64,000 nucleotides of DNA from Phoronis australis (GCA_002633005.1 NMRA01000149.1:502192-566191), one strand, 5' to 3'. Shown: positions 1 to 14,695, counted from the first letter of the stretch. The notes: generated from the sequence alone by a model not told the origin. Made by a program: numbers and translations.

Positions 1-476
1 CATCATCTCAACCCGTATTTGAACCGTGGACTCAAATAGAACTTATTTACAAAATCCCATTCACTGTTTGTACTAAATATACACGTCGTTGCTTTACGGT
101 ACGTATATAGACAACAGCACATACAATATTGGGCGTAAAAATGTAAAGAGATAAAATTACTGTCTTTGCTGTCAGATTGCACGGGGTTAATGATTTTAAA
201 GATTTTTTTAAAAATAAAGACGAATACCACCACGTAACTTGACCTCTGTGCTTTGATGGTGTCAGAGTTTCGGAGAATATGCAATAATCTCATCTGGTTT
301 ATACGAAAGGGATTATGTATGATTATTGACTTGCTTGCTCGATGGAGATTAAACCTCCAAGCATAAATGTATAATGAGTGAGTAGAGTGGATAGTGTTCA
401 ATTAGAGCAAACAGTGAACTATCTGAACTAATTGAAAGTCAGCTGAGAAATAAAATCAACAAATTTTCTTTTACTA

Positions 477-538
477 TAACCGTATATACACGAGTGTAAC
501 CGTACATACACGAGTATAACCGTACATACACGAGTGTA
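477..538. repeat. 20-bp tandem repeat x3
   Basis: TAACCGTA(T/C)ATACACGAGT(G/A). Confidence 0.9.
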
Positions 539-3500
539 AGTTTTTTCCTCAATTAGGCTCTAGGGACGGGGGGGGGGGGGGNCGACTGGTAAGCAATAAG
601 ATAAAACGGAATGATTTGGCCAGCACCTCATCCAACTTGGTGCTTTAAAAGGAAACTTCTTTCAGTCCACGAATTTCTTTGTTTTTTTTCTCAAACCATG
701 CGCAATTTCCATTTAATTTAAATTCTTGTTTTTAGTTTTCTATCAAAACAATCATCTTCAAGCACAAAATGAACCACAATCGTTAACCCGTTTACTTACC
801 GGTGCTATCTAAACTAGAACACTGAGATTGACACCAAGTGCTCCGTAAAAGTAAAAATACAATCACAAACTCGTAACAGCTTACGTAAACCTCGCTTTCC
901 TCGCCTGATAGCCTGTTCTTGGGGTACCTCCATTTGACCCCATTTTGTTAACCCAGGTCATCATGCTTCTAATGATGGCCGGTTGTGTGCACACTGACTA
1001 CCTGCAGCTAACAGTTCCACTAAGTGCGAAAAATAAGCTTTGCTAATAGGACGAGTTGTACTCTCCAGTTTTCCGAGACTAAATGAAGTTTGAACTTGGC
1101 GGAGTCCGTGGAATATCATTTCAAGCAATGTCTCTGACGTTCACCTGTTTTATAATTGTTCCAACAGAGCCAATTTTCTCAACACGTTAAGGAGTTATCA
1201 TTTAATGAACACTTGCTCCAACTCTCGACATGTTCCCTCTCTCGACGTCAGCCCTTGGGATGGTTGGGTTCAGTAGCAATCGTTCAGAAAGGTCTTGAAT
1301 ACTGGTTTAGTAATGCAGACTCACTTTCTTCAAACAGTCCTCCAGCAGCCAAAAGGAATTCGGTTTTATTCCCTAAATCTTCAGCGTATTCGACGAATTT
1401 GCCTATACTCTCTAGCATTATATTTTTCGTCACTTTATCTTCATTGTGAATTCCTCTTCTGTTTGTGCTATCATCTAATAACATATCTGAAAACCGAATC
1501 TTCGTTTCATTGAAAATAAATAAGGACTAACTCGTTAAATTACACGTAAAAATTCCTGATATTTTTCAAGAATATTACTCTAGCTATGTATCAAGGCTAA
1601 AACATGACGTAGCAATGAATAGAAATAGCAAAAGAAAGGGCTATTAGTGTTTGTACATAGGACACAAACGTGTTAAAAACTAGGTTAGGTAATGGAGTCC
1701 CTACTGCCGCGGCAACCAGACATTAGTGTACAGATATTCTGCGTCTCAAACTTAGGTAATATCGTTTACATTGTTTTCTTTTAATTCATTGTTTTAATGC
1801 AGCGTATCCTAAGAAGAAAGAGCGAAACTACCTTGATATTACTTTCGATATTACAAAGCTAGAAACTAGCTTTCTACATTACTGCACTCCTCTACTGTGG
1901 TCAGATTTTCGCCCATATGGTTTCCTGTTTTAGAAACATTTTGACGGCTTATTTTCTTGACGTATCGTCACTTGATCTGATCTTTTGAGGCTTCTACTGC
2001 TTTACAGTATCTATTGCTTATTAACGGGCGGCTGCGAGTGAGCATTGACTGGGAAGTCAAAAGGGATTTGTTGAATCAACGGCTCTCCGTCATCTTATAG
2101 GCAGCAATCTGTAGGTTACACTTTCGAACAATGCGGATTAGGATGTTATAGCAAACATACCGCCCTAACTCCGAGACATATCGATAATGCTGGAGTAACC
2201 GGATTTACGTGTGACAATGACTTGGTCGTGTTTGTTTGGTTAACTTTTCTAACCGAGCCTAGCAGCTGTGAAAAATGTATTTTCAAAGGATTATAGCACC
2301 GACGAACAGGTGAACGGTTTGTGCGTTTGGGCCGGAGAATGGCAAACTATAAAATGAAATGAATCCAAATAATGCATCTACCGACCTTAAAAATGTTTTC
2401 CTTTGTGAAAAACGTTTTAATCATCGCCTCACATTCATTTTGGTATATACCCAGAGCATTGGGGTTTGAGGTCCCCACTCTGTGGTCATAATAAATGTAT
2501 TGTATTTTACTCGGGGAAACCGGACGAAACCGACAGGGCTAGGTATACGCGAGAGTCTTTTACTTCCAATATGAATATCTAGAAAACTAATTTGGTAATC
2601 ATGTGACATAATTCCTGCGAGTTGAAGAATCAGCTGTTGTGAATTCTGCATACTTATCACCGTAATATTTGGTCGTTGACATAGACTAAAATAAATCTTT
2701 TTTACCATTTAGATCTTCACTGATATAGTCACTTTTGTAAATTGGTTCCGCATGTGTGTCTCCATGCTAAACGCTCTCCCGTTCCGCAATATGTGCCGTG
2801 ACTGGATTCTAGACAAAGCGTGATCTGCTCAGAGGAATTCATTCCTTTATTGTCTGCAGGTTACGCTAAGCCTTTCGCACGAACTCCAACGTGCATTAGA
2901 AGTGCTTACGTGGTATGTTTAAATAAGATCTATTTTTGTGAGCTAGAGAAAACAGTCTTTTTATGAGACGATGTTTAAATAAACATAGTTTGCAAACACA
3001 CTATTGAGGCAAGGGTATACTACTGTCCTTGGGCTATCTACAGAAACGTCACAGTGGATGATCTTATTTATGGTAAATGTCATCCAACAAAAGAGAGAAT
3101 AATACATTTTCTCTTTTCTTTTTTCCATGTGTCCTTTTAAGTCTCCAGATTACCCGACTTATAAAACCTTATCAAATTGATAAGGGCACTATAATTCTGT
3201 ATTTCATGGACAACTTTTACGTAAGTGTAAGTTTTGATCACACCTAATAAGGATGATGTGAGATGTTGTGAGATGTTGTGAGATGTTGGCCACTTTTGTG
3301 TTTTAAGTACTTATGGTCGGTTTCATTGATGCTCATGGAAAACCACCTAACACTCACAGCTGGTGTAGCAACTGGGATCGTCCCACCACGACGCTTATAA
3401 GACACGCGAAGTGTTTTCTTTTGGACACAAATGAAACATTAGCCGTTTGGGTTGTTAATGATAAGTATTAGCTCTCCTGGACAGGAGTACAGAATGTCAC

Positions 3501-6500
3501 GTGCATTCTACCAGGCTGCTCAAGATCGTCTTTCGCCAACGAATCTTGAAAAGAATTGATTCTCTTTTGTCCAAATCCCTTAGTCTAAACCTCGTCATTT
3601 GCGATGATGCCATTCATTAAAGTGACTCTTGTTAACTTTGAACGGCTCCATTTAGCAAATGATTTATTAAGCACCAAATGGGAAGCGCAGCAAAACAATA
3701 GTCGCCTGTTTCTGATTGTTCCACTGGGAATCTCCTAATACCGCCAATGTACCGCTGCGCGATGACTGTTGACAGTTCTATTGGTCGGTTTATTGATGAT
3801 TGAACTTAACTGTCAGTTGGCTCATCTGAGTTAAGCGCGGAATGCGGCGCAGTAACAGTTAAGCTATCCCAGTAGTACTGTATCTGACGCAGAACAGTGG
3901 AAATGTATGTCGCTGCACCGTTTCCCTGGCGGTGCGCTTATAGAAAAAAATATACGGGACATGCCACTCAGATGGGTGACGTTCCGATTTAATTACCAAC
4001 AAAGGGCTACGCTTTGGTTGTTCAGAAGTCTACAAAAGTATTTCCTTTTCACAATACTCTGCGAAAGGTGTTTCATTTTATGAATATTTCGTAAGTTCTG
4101 TTGCAAAGCATTACTCATTTTTAACAACATGGCATTTTTTCTTGTGCTAGTTAAGGCATGTGTAAAAACGATAACTTATAAAACAATATGTAATGGTGGC
4201 CTTTTCTTCGAACACTCCCACAAATGGGCATTTTCGGGTTCTACTCTCTAAACGGGTAAATGGGTGTCATGATTTTCACCTGCACCCCTGTCAAGTTCCC
4301 TGCGCTGTTTAGAGGGTTCTTCAAAAACATGGTAGATCTTAACGGTACAGCGCCACAGCGAAAACATCAAAACCGTTTTGATATTATTACTGTGCGCTGG
4401 CGTTTTCAAATACTTTAGCATTGCCGATTTGTTGTGAATTGAAACATTTGTTGTTCTCGGATGACAATAATGGTATACCCAAAATATGATAACGTACATA
4501 ATTTATAAAAATGGAGTTCCAGCGCTTGAACTAAGTTTGCATGTTTTGCAATTTACAATGAGATTGTGCACTGCGACTGGAAGGTCGAACCTCTAGAAGT
4601 ACGCGCGCGCTGATCAGCTTATTGGATGCCACAGACAACTTTAATTCTATTTGTGTGAATATGTACTCACTCAAAAGACTCAAGACACGAAATTCATCTG
4701 TCAAAGAGCATAACTTGTGACACAAACAAAGAATGTGTCTGGTGCAACAGCTTTGTTTCTACCAAGTTCCCTTATACGCGGCTGCGTACACTTTGCCTCT
4801 GTGGCAGTTACACCCTTAAATTGTAGCAGTTATGCATACTCAAGTTAAAATGTCTTGCGCCTGGCGAAAATTTTGGGTGAAACATTTTAATGACGGCCTG
4901 TGCTCAGACTCAGATCCAGGATTAAGGCAGTCACAGGGGCACTTCCATTGCAGCTAAAAATGAACAACTTGCAGAGCTTCCGTCTGGATGCAAGCTTGCT
5001 GTAAGAGAACAGGTAAGAGTTCTGTCAGTGGATCTAGTTTCTTGCGAGAAAAGCAAGATCTCGCAAGACCTCGCAAAGCCACGCGAGTGAGGAACGAATG
5101 TTTCACGAGTACGTTTGGGAGCTTGCTGGTCTATCCTAGCAAAATGACAGCCACTATTGGTCGGGTAGTTTGGAGTGTTCAGTTGTGCGATTGAATTCAC
5201 TGTCTCCCACCACAAAACTGAAGATTTTACGCCGTAAGTGGAAGGATATGTCTTGCGTTTTACGGAATTCAGCTCTGGCAGGGGCCGTTTTATGAAAGGT
5301 CGTGCGCCCAGTTGTAGCTAAACTGAACCGTCCTATTTTGAGTGTTTTAGGCACAAAGCGGTGGGTTATGGGGCTCATCGTTAAGTGTGAATTCAGTCCA
5401 AAGTAGAATTTACGCGAGCTGAATTTTTTTCTTTCCAAAAGCACGGCTTTGCGTTGGCAGTCACGTGCTCGCGATCGTCTCAGCTACGATCAAGTGTAGG
5501 CCTACGACTTTTAATAAAATACCAGTACCATTAATAGTATTAGCAATGCACAGTAGCATTAGTACTAGTAGTACTTAATAGAAATAGTAGAAATAAGATT
5601 GATTAAAGCTACATCTGGGCGGGTCAAAAGGGGCATCGCCCCAATTAAATTAAAGTAAGATAAACCAAGAACTCAGTGAAGCTGTTTAGGCCAAAGTAAT
5701 ACCCCTGAGCCCTTTTCTGACCACAGTAACCATACAAAGCAAAATCTACCTTACTTCACGACTAGATTTTGATGAGGATCGCAAAATTAAACCAAAATGT
5801 TCGAGTCCCGAGGTAACAGTCGTTTTACCTAAATAGCGATTAGAATAACTGTTATTTTCGGTCAGCAGATCGTTATGCACACAGTTAGTATTATTATATA
5901 TTTATCAAAGGCTGTGAAATTTGTGGAAAAAATCTTTCGTTGTTCGCTTGCCATTGCTTGTTTTCCGTTATGAGATTCACGATTAATTATTTTTATCACA
6001 AATATTTGCGTGCTATTCCTTCTCTGCTCGCATAGTCGTGGCCCTGTCTTCTACGATCAACGCATTGAATGTGCACACAATCCACAACACTATAGTTCAT
6101 GGAGAAAATGATATCGTTGACAGTCGCAAATGACAGACAACCATCATGATAATTGATGCCTGACCCGGCATTTATAAATTTTGATAATTAGATTTTCCTG
6201 TGTCCTAATTACTATTGGCATTTTCAGCCATAATATACGCTGTACTCGTCTAGCGTCAACGATTACAACGTTTTGTGTCTAAACAAGGTTTTGTGTCTAT
6301 TTAAACTGTCATGTCCAGAAATAAAACTGCTTAACCCGAGACATTCACGAACTATTAGAAAAATCTTTAAAAGACGTTGTTAATTGCAAAGGCTTTGCCT
6401 AATTTCCTTTTTAATGTCGAAATAACAAAAGCTAACTAGCGCAATCCAATTCATGATAACAGCCAAGGAGACATGTGTACGCGAGATAACTGTGTGACTT

Positions 6501-8520
6501 CGTTTGTAAATTGCTGGTCGCTCTGTCTTTCGTCACTTGAAGAAAACGAACGAATTCTTCTTTAATGCCTCTGTGATTTCCTTTTCAGCGACATAACCCA
6601 GATGTACTTACTACGCTGAGCGAATACGAAGGTGTTTTTTCTAGTGTAGTATCTGTTCACGACTTAATGGCTATGTAAACGACATACGGAAATAAGTGGA
6701 AATTCAGGGAACAAAACGATGCTCGGAAAATATTTTTATTTTCTGCTGGTATTGTTTGATACTTAATTACAGAGTGGTTCGGTAAAAGAATATGAAATTG
6801 ACTTATCACCGTGTATGATGAAGCGAAGACAAAATTGTGAGAAAAGTAATTTTTAAGTCTTTACTATCTAGTAATTTATACTATTTTATGGGATTGAAGT
6901 ATTTAGCAATTTTATTTCATGTCGTTTTATAGGAACACGTGCTTTTTTTGCTTACACTATCAACAAACGGGATTCTTTTGCCTGCGCGAAATACGTTGAT
7001 ATCATTGTGTTTAGCTCCATAATTTGTACTTTATTCATACATCAGGGCGACGAATGGACGAGGGGCATAAATATCGGACACTACTTTACAACAGTATAGG
7101 TCATAACATTATGATGGTGTTCTCGTCATAGCTGGCAGATTTATTTGACATTTAGTTAACTAAAATTAAGAACTGCAAGTAAACAGAATAACCAGCATGA
7201 CAGAAAACAATCAGTGTGCACATAGTGGAAGGAGATATGGGAATGTACGAAGGCAACACTGCAGTATAGGATAATGAAATCACCAAATAGCATAAAATTA
7301 TCATTAGCGCAAAGGTAAAAACTTGATAGAACCCTATGTTAATAGACTTATTTAAAAAATAATACTATTGCCCTAATACTAATTAATGACAGTCTAAAGT
7401 CAATAAATATAAACTAGTGTCATTTCCTGCTTCGAAATGCTGACAACAAAGTGTCAATACTTTTCAATGCTCATGTTTTCCTGACTTAAAGCTAATTAAT
7501 GAAGTCTTCACGTCATTGTTTTCTAGTCTATTGAAAATGATGTTACCCGACACCTGTGGCACGATCGCGTCAGTGTGAGTTTAAATAACAACAGTTTAAA
7601 ACCCTGACGGTGCCTTCACATTAACGTTGGTATGGTAACATAACTTTAGAGTCAATAACGCAGTTATTATAGCGGTACACCAGTTGCATACGAAGACAAA
7701 GCGCTTTTCTGCGCCAGATGCGAACTTCTCTGTACATGTTAATTGCGTTAAGATCTGTTGTCTATTATCAATAATTATTGCATTGCAGAATTTGGCCGAT
7801 CTTTTCATGGAGTGCACAACTGTTAGTCTGTCCAATTGTATTATCTTACATATGTGTCGTCTTCTGTAGCAGTGCCTTTGAATGGTAAAATTTTCACGTA
7901 TAAAACATCTTATCATGAGAGACAACGTAATCGATTTTCTAAGCAATGAAATTGCCCTTCAGCCTCATTCTAAGCGGGAAAATTGTCCTCTGTGACGAAG
8001 CAAAAACTATCCCGAAGACAAAAGTTTCCAAAATACATGGTATACTTATCTGTGATCATATCAAACATTAACAGCTGACTACATCCGGGGAATTGTTAGT
8101 GGCTGTTTCAGTGCAGAAAGCAACATGTCAGTCATCACGTGGTATGACGGGTTACAAAGCTCAGGTGATCGTTTAAACTGGAATAGACATTTATTTATTT
8201 TTTGTTTCATTTCACTTGAACTTGCTTCATTAACAGTTAAGCTACAAGGATCACTTATCTCATTCGCTTGGAAGACAATAAAATGAAAACGATTTGTCTA
8301 CGATTTGGAAACTTTAAACTCAACTTTTGTAGCTGTTCATTTATGTTTTATTTCAAAATTAATTAAAATTTTGTAATGACTGAGGTTACATTTTTAATAT
8401 CAACCACATTAGGTTTTTGCGTAGTTAGACAAAGAGATTCCGTGGTGTCATAGTTACACCTCAAAGAATTCCTTAGAAACTACAGTTGTGTGCAAGTAAG
8501 CAGGTCTGATATATTCTTGC

Positions 8521-8855
8521 TTAAAACTGCACTTGGTCCGCTTTAGCTGACTGAGCGCGAAAATAGAATTAGGCCTTTTACTCTCATGAAATAGTTCTCA
8601 TAATATTCCCTACCGTGATAAGATTCTATTTCCGCTGCCAACAGGAACACTGAAACCATCAGCGACTCAAGAAAACGTTTCGGAGTTTATTTGGGTTCGC
8701 CAACCGTAAAATTGTGAATTCAAAAAGGACACAAGCACGTATTGCCTGTGACTTGAGTTGCCTACGCAAGTCAAGATCGGATGAGGGAAGTGTTTTTAAA
8801 CACGAAAGCGCTTCGGTTAAGAATTCTGCTAAACAGCGGTGAAATGCCCCTTTAA
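8521..8855. mobile_element. TTAA-bounded non-autonomous element (Kolobok-like), dispersed family copy 1
   Basis: It has TTAA ends and imperfect TIRs. The internal AGGCCTTTTACTCTCATGAAA...GTGATAAGAT..TATTTCCG...TAAAATTGT is shared with 23403-23600 and 42079-42180. Confidence 0.7.
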
Positions 8856-10670
8856 ACATTTTCAATTTACAAGGTATGTTGACCGGCTTCATTGCGCAAG
8901 AACACAGTACCCCCATTGAAGAGAGCAAATAAAAATTAATTAAATAAGTTAAAATGTATCACTCTAATAACACTTGTCTGTCGCACTGGTGGCAAGATAA
9001 ATAACCATCAATCGGTGAGCACACACCAACAAATAATGTAAACGCGTTATGAACTATAAGTTTACCATGTTCATGACTGACTGGGTTCTAATACGCCATG
9101 TTCAGTTGTGGAGCCGAAACGACCCCATGTCGCTTGCCTTTATTTATCAGTAACTCTTCTAATTACATAAGAGCCATATTACTAATTGTATCAATACATC
9201 CCCGTGGAATGTAAAGTACAAAATATATTTCAAAATAACTAAATAGAGTTACTACTTAATGGAAGTCAATGTTTATTTTAATATACTGTAGATTAGAATT
9301 CAAAGGAAACCATTTTACTACACGCTAGAATTAAAAATTAGCTTCATATCGGATATCAGTTGTGTGCCAAAATGCCTAAAATAAAATCTACCAAGGCAAA
9401 CGATAAAATGTGAACACACAATACCATGTCACCCGAGGTCTACCAGCGCACCTTACAGTCCATTTGGCAGCTCTTCTGGCGCGTAAGTGCTCTCAGAAAA
9501 GTCAAGCAGTAATTGCATCCATAAAGTTTTTATTGGTCGTGAAGAATATACGTCGCAGGACAATTCAAACATCTGTACCTAGCTTGTAACATATAAATTA
9601 TTACGTCATAAGTAATGATCGTTTGGTCAGTCCAGTGCTTCATATCGGCATGTGTTCCGCTCGATGTTAACTTGCGGCTAACATATAATTTTCTGCCGCA
9701 AAATTAACCATATAACCAGCTTACAGCTCTTCACTTTATGCGCCCGTTTACTGTGTAAAGGCATTAGTTTCACTGCTATTGTTGGTCTATGATTTCCAAT
9801 ACAAAAGGCATGACAAGCATACTCCGGTAGCTGTTTGATTGATTGCGACTCTGACAATATTATCATGCTCGAGCTCGTTGGGGTAGACGCGCTTAGCTGA
9901 CATGTTCACAAGTTTCCCTTAGTAGTAGAGAGCCTCTTCTGTGTTTTAACCAGCCTTTCATTGCGTTATTTTCAATCGTATAGATTTAAATTCATTTAAT
10001 TTTCTTACCTAAGCGACACCACACGTCATTTTTACAATACGAGGCAAAATTTCCCTTTTTACCAGTTCTCGGAACTGAAAGACGACGTGCTTTCAATCAC
10101 CAGAATAAAAAATAAAGGTAACACATATATCCTCGTCTTGTGATCGGAGTCTCAGTTCATGAGTATTGTGAAAAACTGAGGAATAAATGTAGTATTCTGC
10201 AAAATAAATTGCGTGGTTGTGAAAGCTATCGGTGTACTCGAGCTGAAGGCGTCTTCGTTAATTGCCCTTTATAGGAAATGTTGGAGGCTTAAAAAACTTA
10301 ACTTCCTCAAACCCAAAGCTCATTTTCAGTCTAATCGACACGTTTTTGTAAACAATAGCGTACAAGAGGATTTTCAACTACGTCAATTTTTAAAATGGCC
10401 ATGCGAGCAATCGACTGAACGGGTTGGCGTGAATAGTTTCTCACGCCTTGTTAGTGTCACGGTTAAGGGTTAATAAAGCGAGTTCATCCTGAACTGAAAA
10501 AGTCACCAGTGCTTTGTTACCCAGCGTCAAACGTGTTTTTCATAAATACTTTATGACATTTCCTTCTACCTGCTTCAATAGTAGTTAAAATGTTTTGTAC
10601 TACAAATAAGTAATCAGTGAACGTGTTTTGTTTCGTAGAATATCATTTGAAAATATCGCTATGCGGACTA

Positions 10671-11922
10671 TTTATTGTGACGATGTTTTTAGTCATCTAA
10701 AAGTAAACAATAAACAAACAATTTAAATTTCTAATACAATATTCAGTGACTTTCAAACGACCATCAAATAAAATAAAATAAAGACAAAAGATATCGTGTA
10801 ACTGTCAGCTTCTAATAAGGCAAAACTGTGTAGACCTGCGCAATAATTTGAATTTTTAACCCACAATTGGAGGCGCTTGACACAATTACGCCCTTATCAG
10901 ATTTGTAAATTGATCGTAAAAAGTCTCAAAGAATTTGAACTGAACTTGAAAGCAATCCAGACTTTCCAACATCGACTAAAACCTTACTTTATGGATCTAT
11001 GCAATTAACTCTGACAGATTTATGGACAATTTAAGCTTCCGTGTAAAATATTAGCGTAGCAAGCTAGTGTGTATTTTTATGGCAGCTTGGTATCTCGCGA
11101 AATCAAATATACAAATTCGCAGTAGTTTAAATATCTAAGATAAAGAATAGCTGTGTGATAATAAACGTGTATTTTAGAGAATGTGTGTTCGCACATGTAA
11201 ACCCATGCAATCACTTAGCGTAAAGTGAGATTTTTTGGACATGTGCACGAAACAAACAATGTAAAGAATATCGAATGGCATGAAAATTCTTTTTGGAAAT
11301 CTGGAATGAAGTGTAAAACTCCACGCTAGTGCTGAATACATTCAAACACGCCAATAAAACCAAAGGGTAATTAACAAAGCAAAATAAACATGAAACATTC
11401 TTTAAACGACGCTATGCCCCCATGAATAAATAAATAAATACTATGTACAGGAATGTTCAGGTAAAAATAACATAACAAAAGGGAAACATCCTTCGACCTC
11501 TCTAACGACAACAGCTAATGCCATCAGTACCTAAGTTTTACAAAAGTGGTTTATGCTAATGTTACCACAGGGTTCGCGTTACGCCTTACTGAGAAAGTAG
11601 AAAATTAACTAGGAAGTCTTTCCTGACATTTGAGAACTCTAACGAATTGCCTGTAACAAAACGGTGCTCAAAATACCATCGAAGATAAACAGATAATGAA
11701 ATTGGTGCACGAGGCTTTCTTATTCGAATGAAAGTTTTTAATCTGTTTGTCTAGCTTTGTCAACGGGTCCAGTGTCGCCATATTTACCTTCACTATCGTT
11801 GTCCACAGACGTGCTCTGTCTATATTTTGTCAGCGCCAGTGTTTAACTTTCATTTTTATACCAATTTCTGTCACAAGACGTTCAAAATCAAATGAACCTT
11901 ATAATACAACAAGTCCAATCCA
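10671..11922 (-). other. Probable POU3 3' UTR with Pumilio element, AU-rich element and AATAAA
   Basis: Minus strand reads TGTACATA-GT-ATTTATTTATTTA at 11449-11424 and has U-rich tracts. AATAAA lies at 10676-10671. The actual poly(A) site is not certain. Confidence 0.5.
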
Positions 11923-13209
11923 CTAACTTGCGTGTCCTTGGTGGGATGGTGGAAGGTGTAACGGCTGTGTTTGGTGACCGTGGGACAGAGGACTACCCCC
12001 TCGGTGGTGAAGCGGTGACGACCCATGGTGAATGGGGCTCTGATCTCCCTGCTGCGGCGGCTGTCGATGGTGATCCATCCAATCTCCCGTAGATCTCATC
12101 GGCGGCGACATACCAGGCGACAACCTTTCTCTGTGCTGGTGTAGATTTATTGGTCCACTGCGCTGCTGCAGATTTTGTTGCTCCATTTCTGAGCATTGTC
12201 CAGGGCTGGGCATTATCATTTCCCCATTGGGACCAATTGTTCCGCATGGAGGTGTCATGCGTTTCTCTTTCTGACGCCGATTACAGAACCACACACGAAC
12301 TACTTCTTTTTCTAACTGCAACTGTTCGGCGAGTGCAGATATTTCTTGTGCAGACGGTTTCGATTGTTTGTGAAAATGATTCTCTAGAGCACCTTTCACG
12401 GTCACTTCAATGCTAGTGCGTTTCTTGCGTTTGCGTCCCTGGGCAGCAATTTTGTCCATGTTGGTAGGAGACCCTGTAGTGGAATCAGCCTCTTCCAGCC
12501 ACTTTTGCAATAGAGGTTTTAGCTTGCACATGTTTTTAAAACTCAGCTGCAAAGCCTCAAACCGACAGATAGTCGTTTGACTGAACACATTTCCGTAGAG
12601 TGTGCCCAAAGCTAGTCCAACATCGGCCTGAGTAAAGCCAAGTTTTATCCTTCGCTGTTTAAACTGTTTAGCAAACGCCTCTAAATCGTCGGACGATGGC
12701 GCGTCCTCCTCGGAGCACGAGTCGCGTGAATCCATGCTCAGGTCAGCGGGATGAAGCAGCATTTGCTGGCCAGGGGAGATCATGCCATTGTACAGTCCTG
12801 GATGCTGTAAGTGTCCAGGGCCGTTCGACATTCCTAGATGGGCACTGCTCACGACGGGCGAGTGCCAAGCAGGGTGAATTTGTTGCGGGCCCCTGTGGTG
12901 AAGTGGTTGATGTTCTTGTAATTTCATCTCCTGGCCGTGCCATACGGACGCAGGCATAGCAGCCTCTCTCCAAGGCATGTTGGCCTCAGAACAGTTGGGC
13001 ATACCGACCCACTCTTTGACCCACTGTGCGTGCTGTCCAAGGTTCTGGTGTTGGCCCATACCACCGTATTTCATGTTCATATCTGCTAGTTCCCTGTGGT
13101 GATAGTGCTGCGAGATTTGTTGCATGTTCTCAAGATGGTCCACTCCGTACACCTGATGACTGCCAACCGAGCCGACTATTGAGTATGGAACCTCTGCTGC
13201 TACCGACAT
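11923..13209 (-). CDS. POU3: Class III POU homeodomain transcription factor (Brn1/2/4; POU3F1-4/vvl orthologue), intronless, 428 aa
   Basis: The uninterrupted ORF has a POU-specific domain ([62 protein letters not shown]), the class III linker ([19 protein letters not shown]) and a POU homeodomain ([11 protein letters not shown]...[20 protein letters not shown]). N-terminal AAEVPYS and LGQHAQWV resemble vertebrate POU3 motifs. Lack of introns is typical of POU3. Confidence 0.98.
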   Translation of the reverse strand: MSVAAEVPYSIVGSVGSHQVYGVDHLENMQQISQHYHHRELADMNMKYGGMGQHQNLGQHAQWVKEWVGMPNCSEANMPWREAAMPASVWHGQEMKLQEHQPLHHRGPQQIHPAWHSPVVSSAHLGMSNGPGHLQHPGLYNGMISPGQQMLLHPADLSMDSRDSCSEEDAPSSDDLEAFAKQFKQRRIKLGFTQADVGLALGTLYGNVFSQTTICRFEALQLSFKNMCKLKPLLQKWLEEADSTTGSPTNMDKIAAQGRKRKKRTSIEVTVKGALENHFHKQSKPSAQEISALAEQLQLEKEVVRVWFCNRRQKEKRMTPPCGTIGPNGEMIMPSPGQCSEMEQQNLQQRSGPINLHQHRERLSPGMSPPMRSTGDWMDHHRQPPQQGDQSPIHHGSSPLHHRGGSPLSHGHQTQPLHLPPSHQGHAS

Positions 13210-13279
13210 TCTGTGACTGTTTATGTATAAAGAATGACCAGATATTTCATATACACCTTTGTGTCATGTTCGACTCTAC

Positions 13280-13455
13280 CATGACTGACTCGATGACTTC
13301 AAGTTGAGAACCAATCCATCATTTTTCCTTCTCCCGTTTCATTGGTCGTCTTCCTGTTTGATTGACAAAGCGTATCAAGTTAAATTACTACGAGTCATTT
13401 CACAGGGCCTCTGATTGGTCAATTGTTTAACCTGCCGAGATGCTCCTTTGTATAG
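13280..13455 (-). promoter_or_regulatory. POU3 proximal promoter: three CCAAT boxes, Inr-like TCAGTC, Ets, Pbx/Meis and Sox-like sites
   Basis: CCAAT at 13311 (+), 13341-13345 (-) and 13414-13418 (-, GACCAATCAG). TCAGTC at 13288-13283 (-), CTTCCTG at 13350, TGATTGACAAAG at 13359 and CTTTGT at 13446, all immediately upstream of the ATG. Confidence 0.6.
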
Positions 13456-14695
13456 GAGTAATTCAAACATTTATACAGCAGTTGTACTGAGTGAACGGAT
13501 TATCAAAATTCATTCTCGTATATAATATTTCTAAAACGACAACATGTGCTTTGTAATTATACGTTGTGTCCATGTTTATTACTCGATTACGAGAGGAAAG
13601 GCGATCAACACTGCTTTAATCGGGATTTTTATAATTCTTTTAAAATTTGCGTACAACATCCAAGGTAAAAGGAGACACCGATTACGTTATTTACACGGAC
13701 ACATGCGAAAGTTCTAGGTACGTGTAAACAGTGCTTTGAGCCCCTTTTCTGCTTGTAAAATTGACGAGTTGCTCTTATTTCCGTTGGCTGGGGTTTTTGA
13801 AAAACATCACCTCGAAGTAGCCGTTTATCGTCACGGGTGAGAAAGTTCGCGCTCTCGAAGGATAATAAAATTAAAAATAAATCGAATTTCTCGTCATCGT
13901 TTGTGGAAACACAATAGATATATTCGGGATATCGTTCTTGTTCGGTGGATCCTCAGCGTTGACTCTTAACAGCACGCAGTCGCGTGAGCGGTGTTTTATT
14001 GCCAATATATAGTAAAGCAGACGCACAATCAATGTAATGACCAAGAAGGTAATTTATAAAATAGAAATAAACAATCGCTTGAGCGTTATAAATGCCTCGT
14101 TTATCATCCAAGTTCATCGCTATTTCTATCCTTTCTTTTCGTGTGAACTCGCCAATGCTTCGTTTATTGGAAAACTTACACATTTAGCTAAAAACATCTT
14201 TTACATAAACCAAAGGACAGTTAAAAATCACTTGCCTGCAGTATCCGAGGACTAGTTCTTGTTACAATTGGTACATTTAAGGTGGTATTGCGTAATTACC
14301 TAGGAAAGAATGTGTAAAATCAATTATCAAAGAATGTCATGGGAGATTTTGGAAATTCCAGACTGATGCTGAGCCATCGTTTATGATCAACTGTTTTAAA
14401 AGAATGTATAATATCCAGGAAAACGAAAAATATTCGCACGGTAAACTTTGTAGAAAGCTAAGTAATCGGCCTATAAATAGTAACCTGTTCTACACGGTGA
14501 GTACGTTTTTGTGGAGAGGTACTGAATTTAAGTCGGCACTGTTACTAACTTGTTTTTAAATTAACGTGTTTTATCAACAATCTTTTTGCAAAAACAAAAT
14601 GTTTGAAAATTGTCTGAGTGATGAGGTAGGTACTTCATTATGTCAGTCACATCGACCGAGGTGTTTGTTGGAATAAGGTTGGTAAATACCTTCCG

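Noticed and set aside
3-401. 132-aa ORF
   Set aside because: It has a non-ATG start, no recognisable motif and random AT-rich composition.
568-582. Poly-G run with an N
   Set aside because: This is probably a repeat-derived homopolymer with a sequencing ambiguity.
11892-13307. Several overlapping and antisense ORFs
   Set aside because: These are shadow frames of the GC-rich POU3 CDS.
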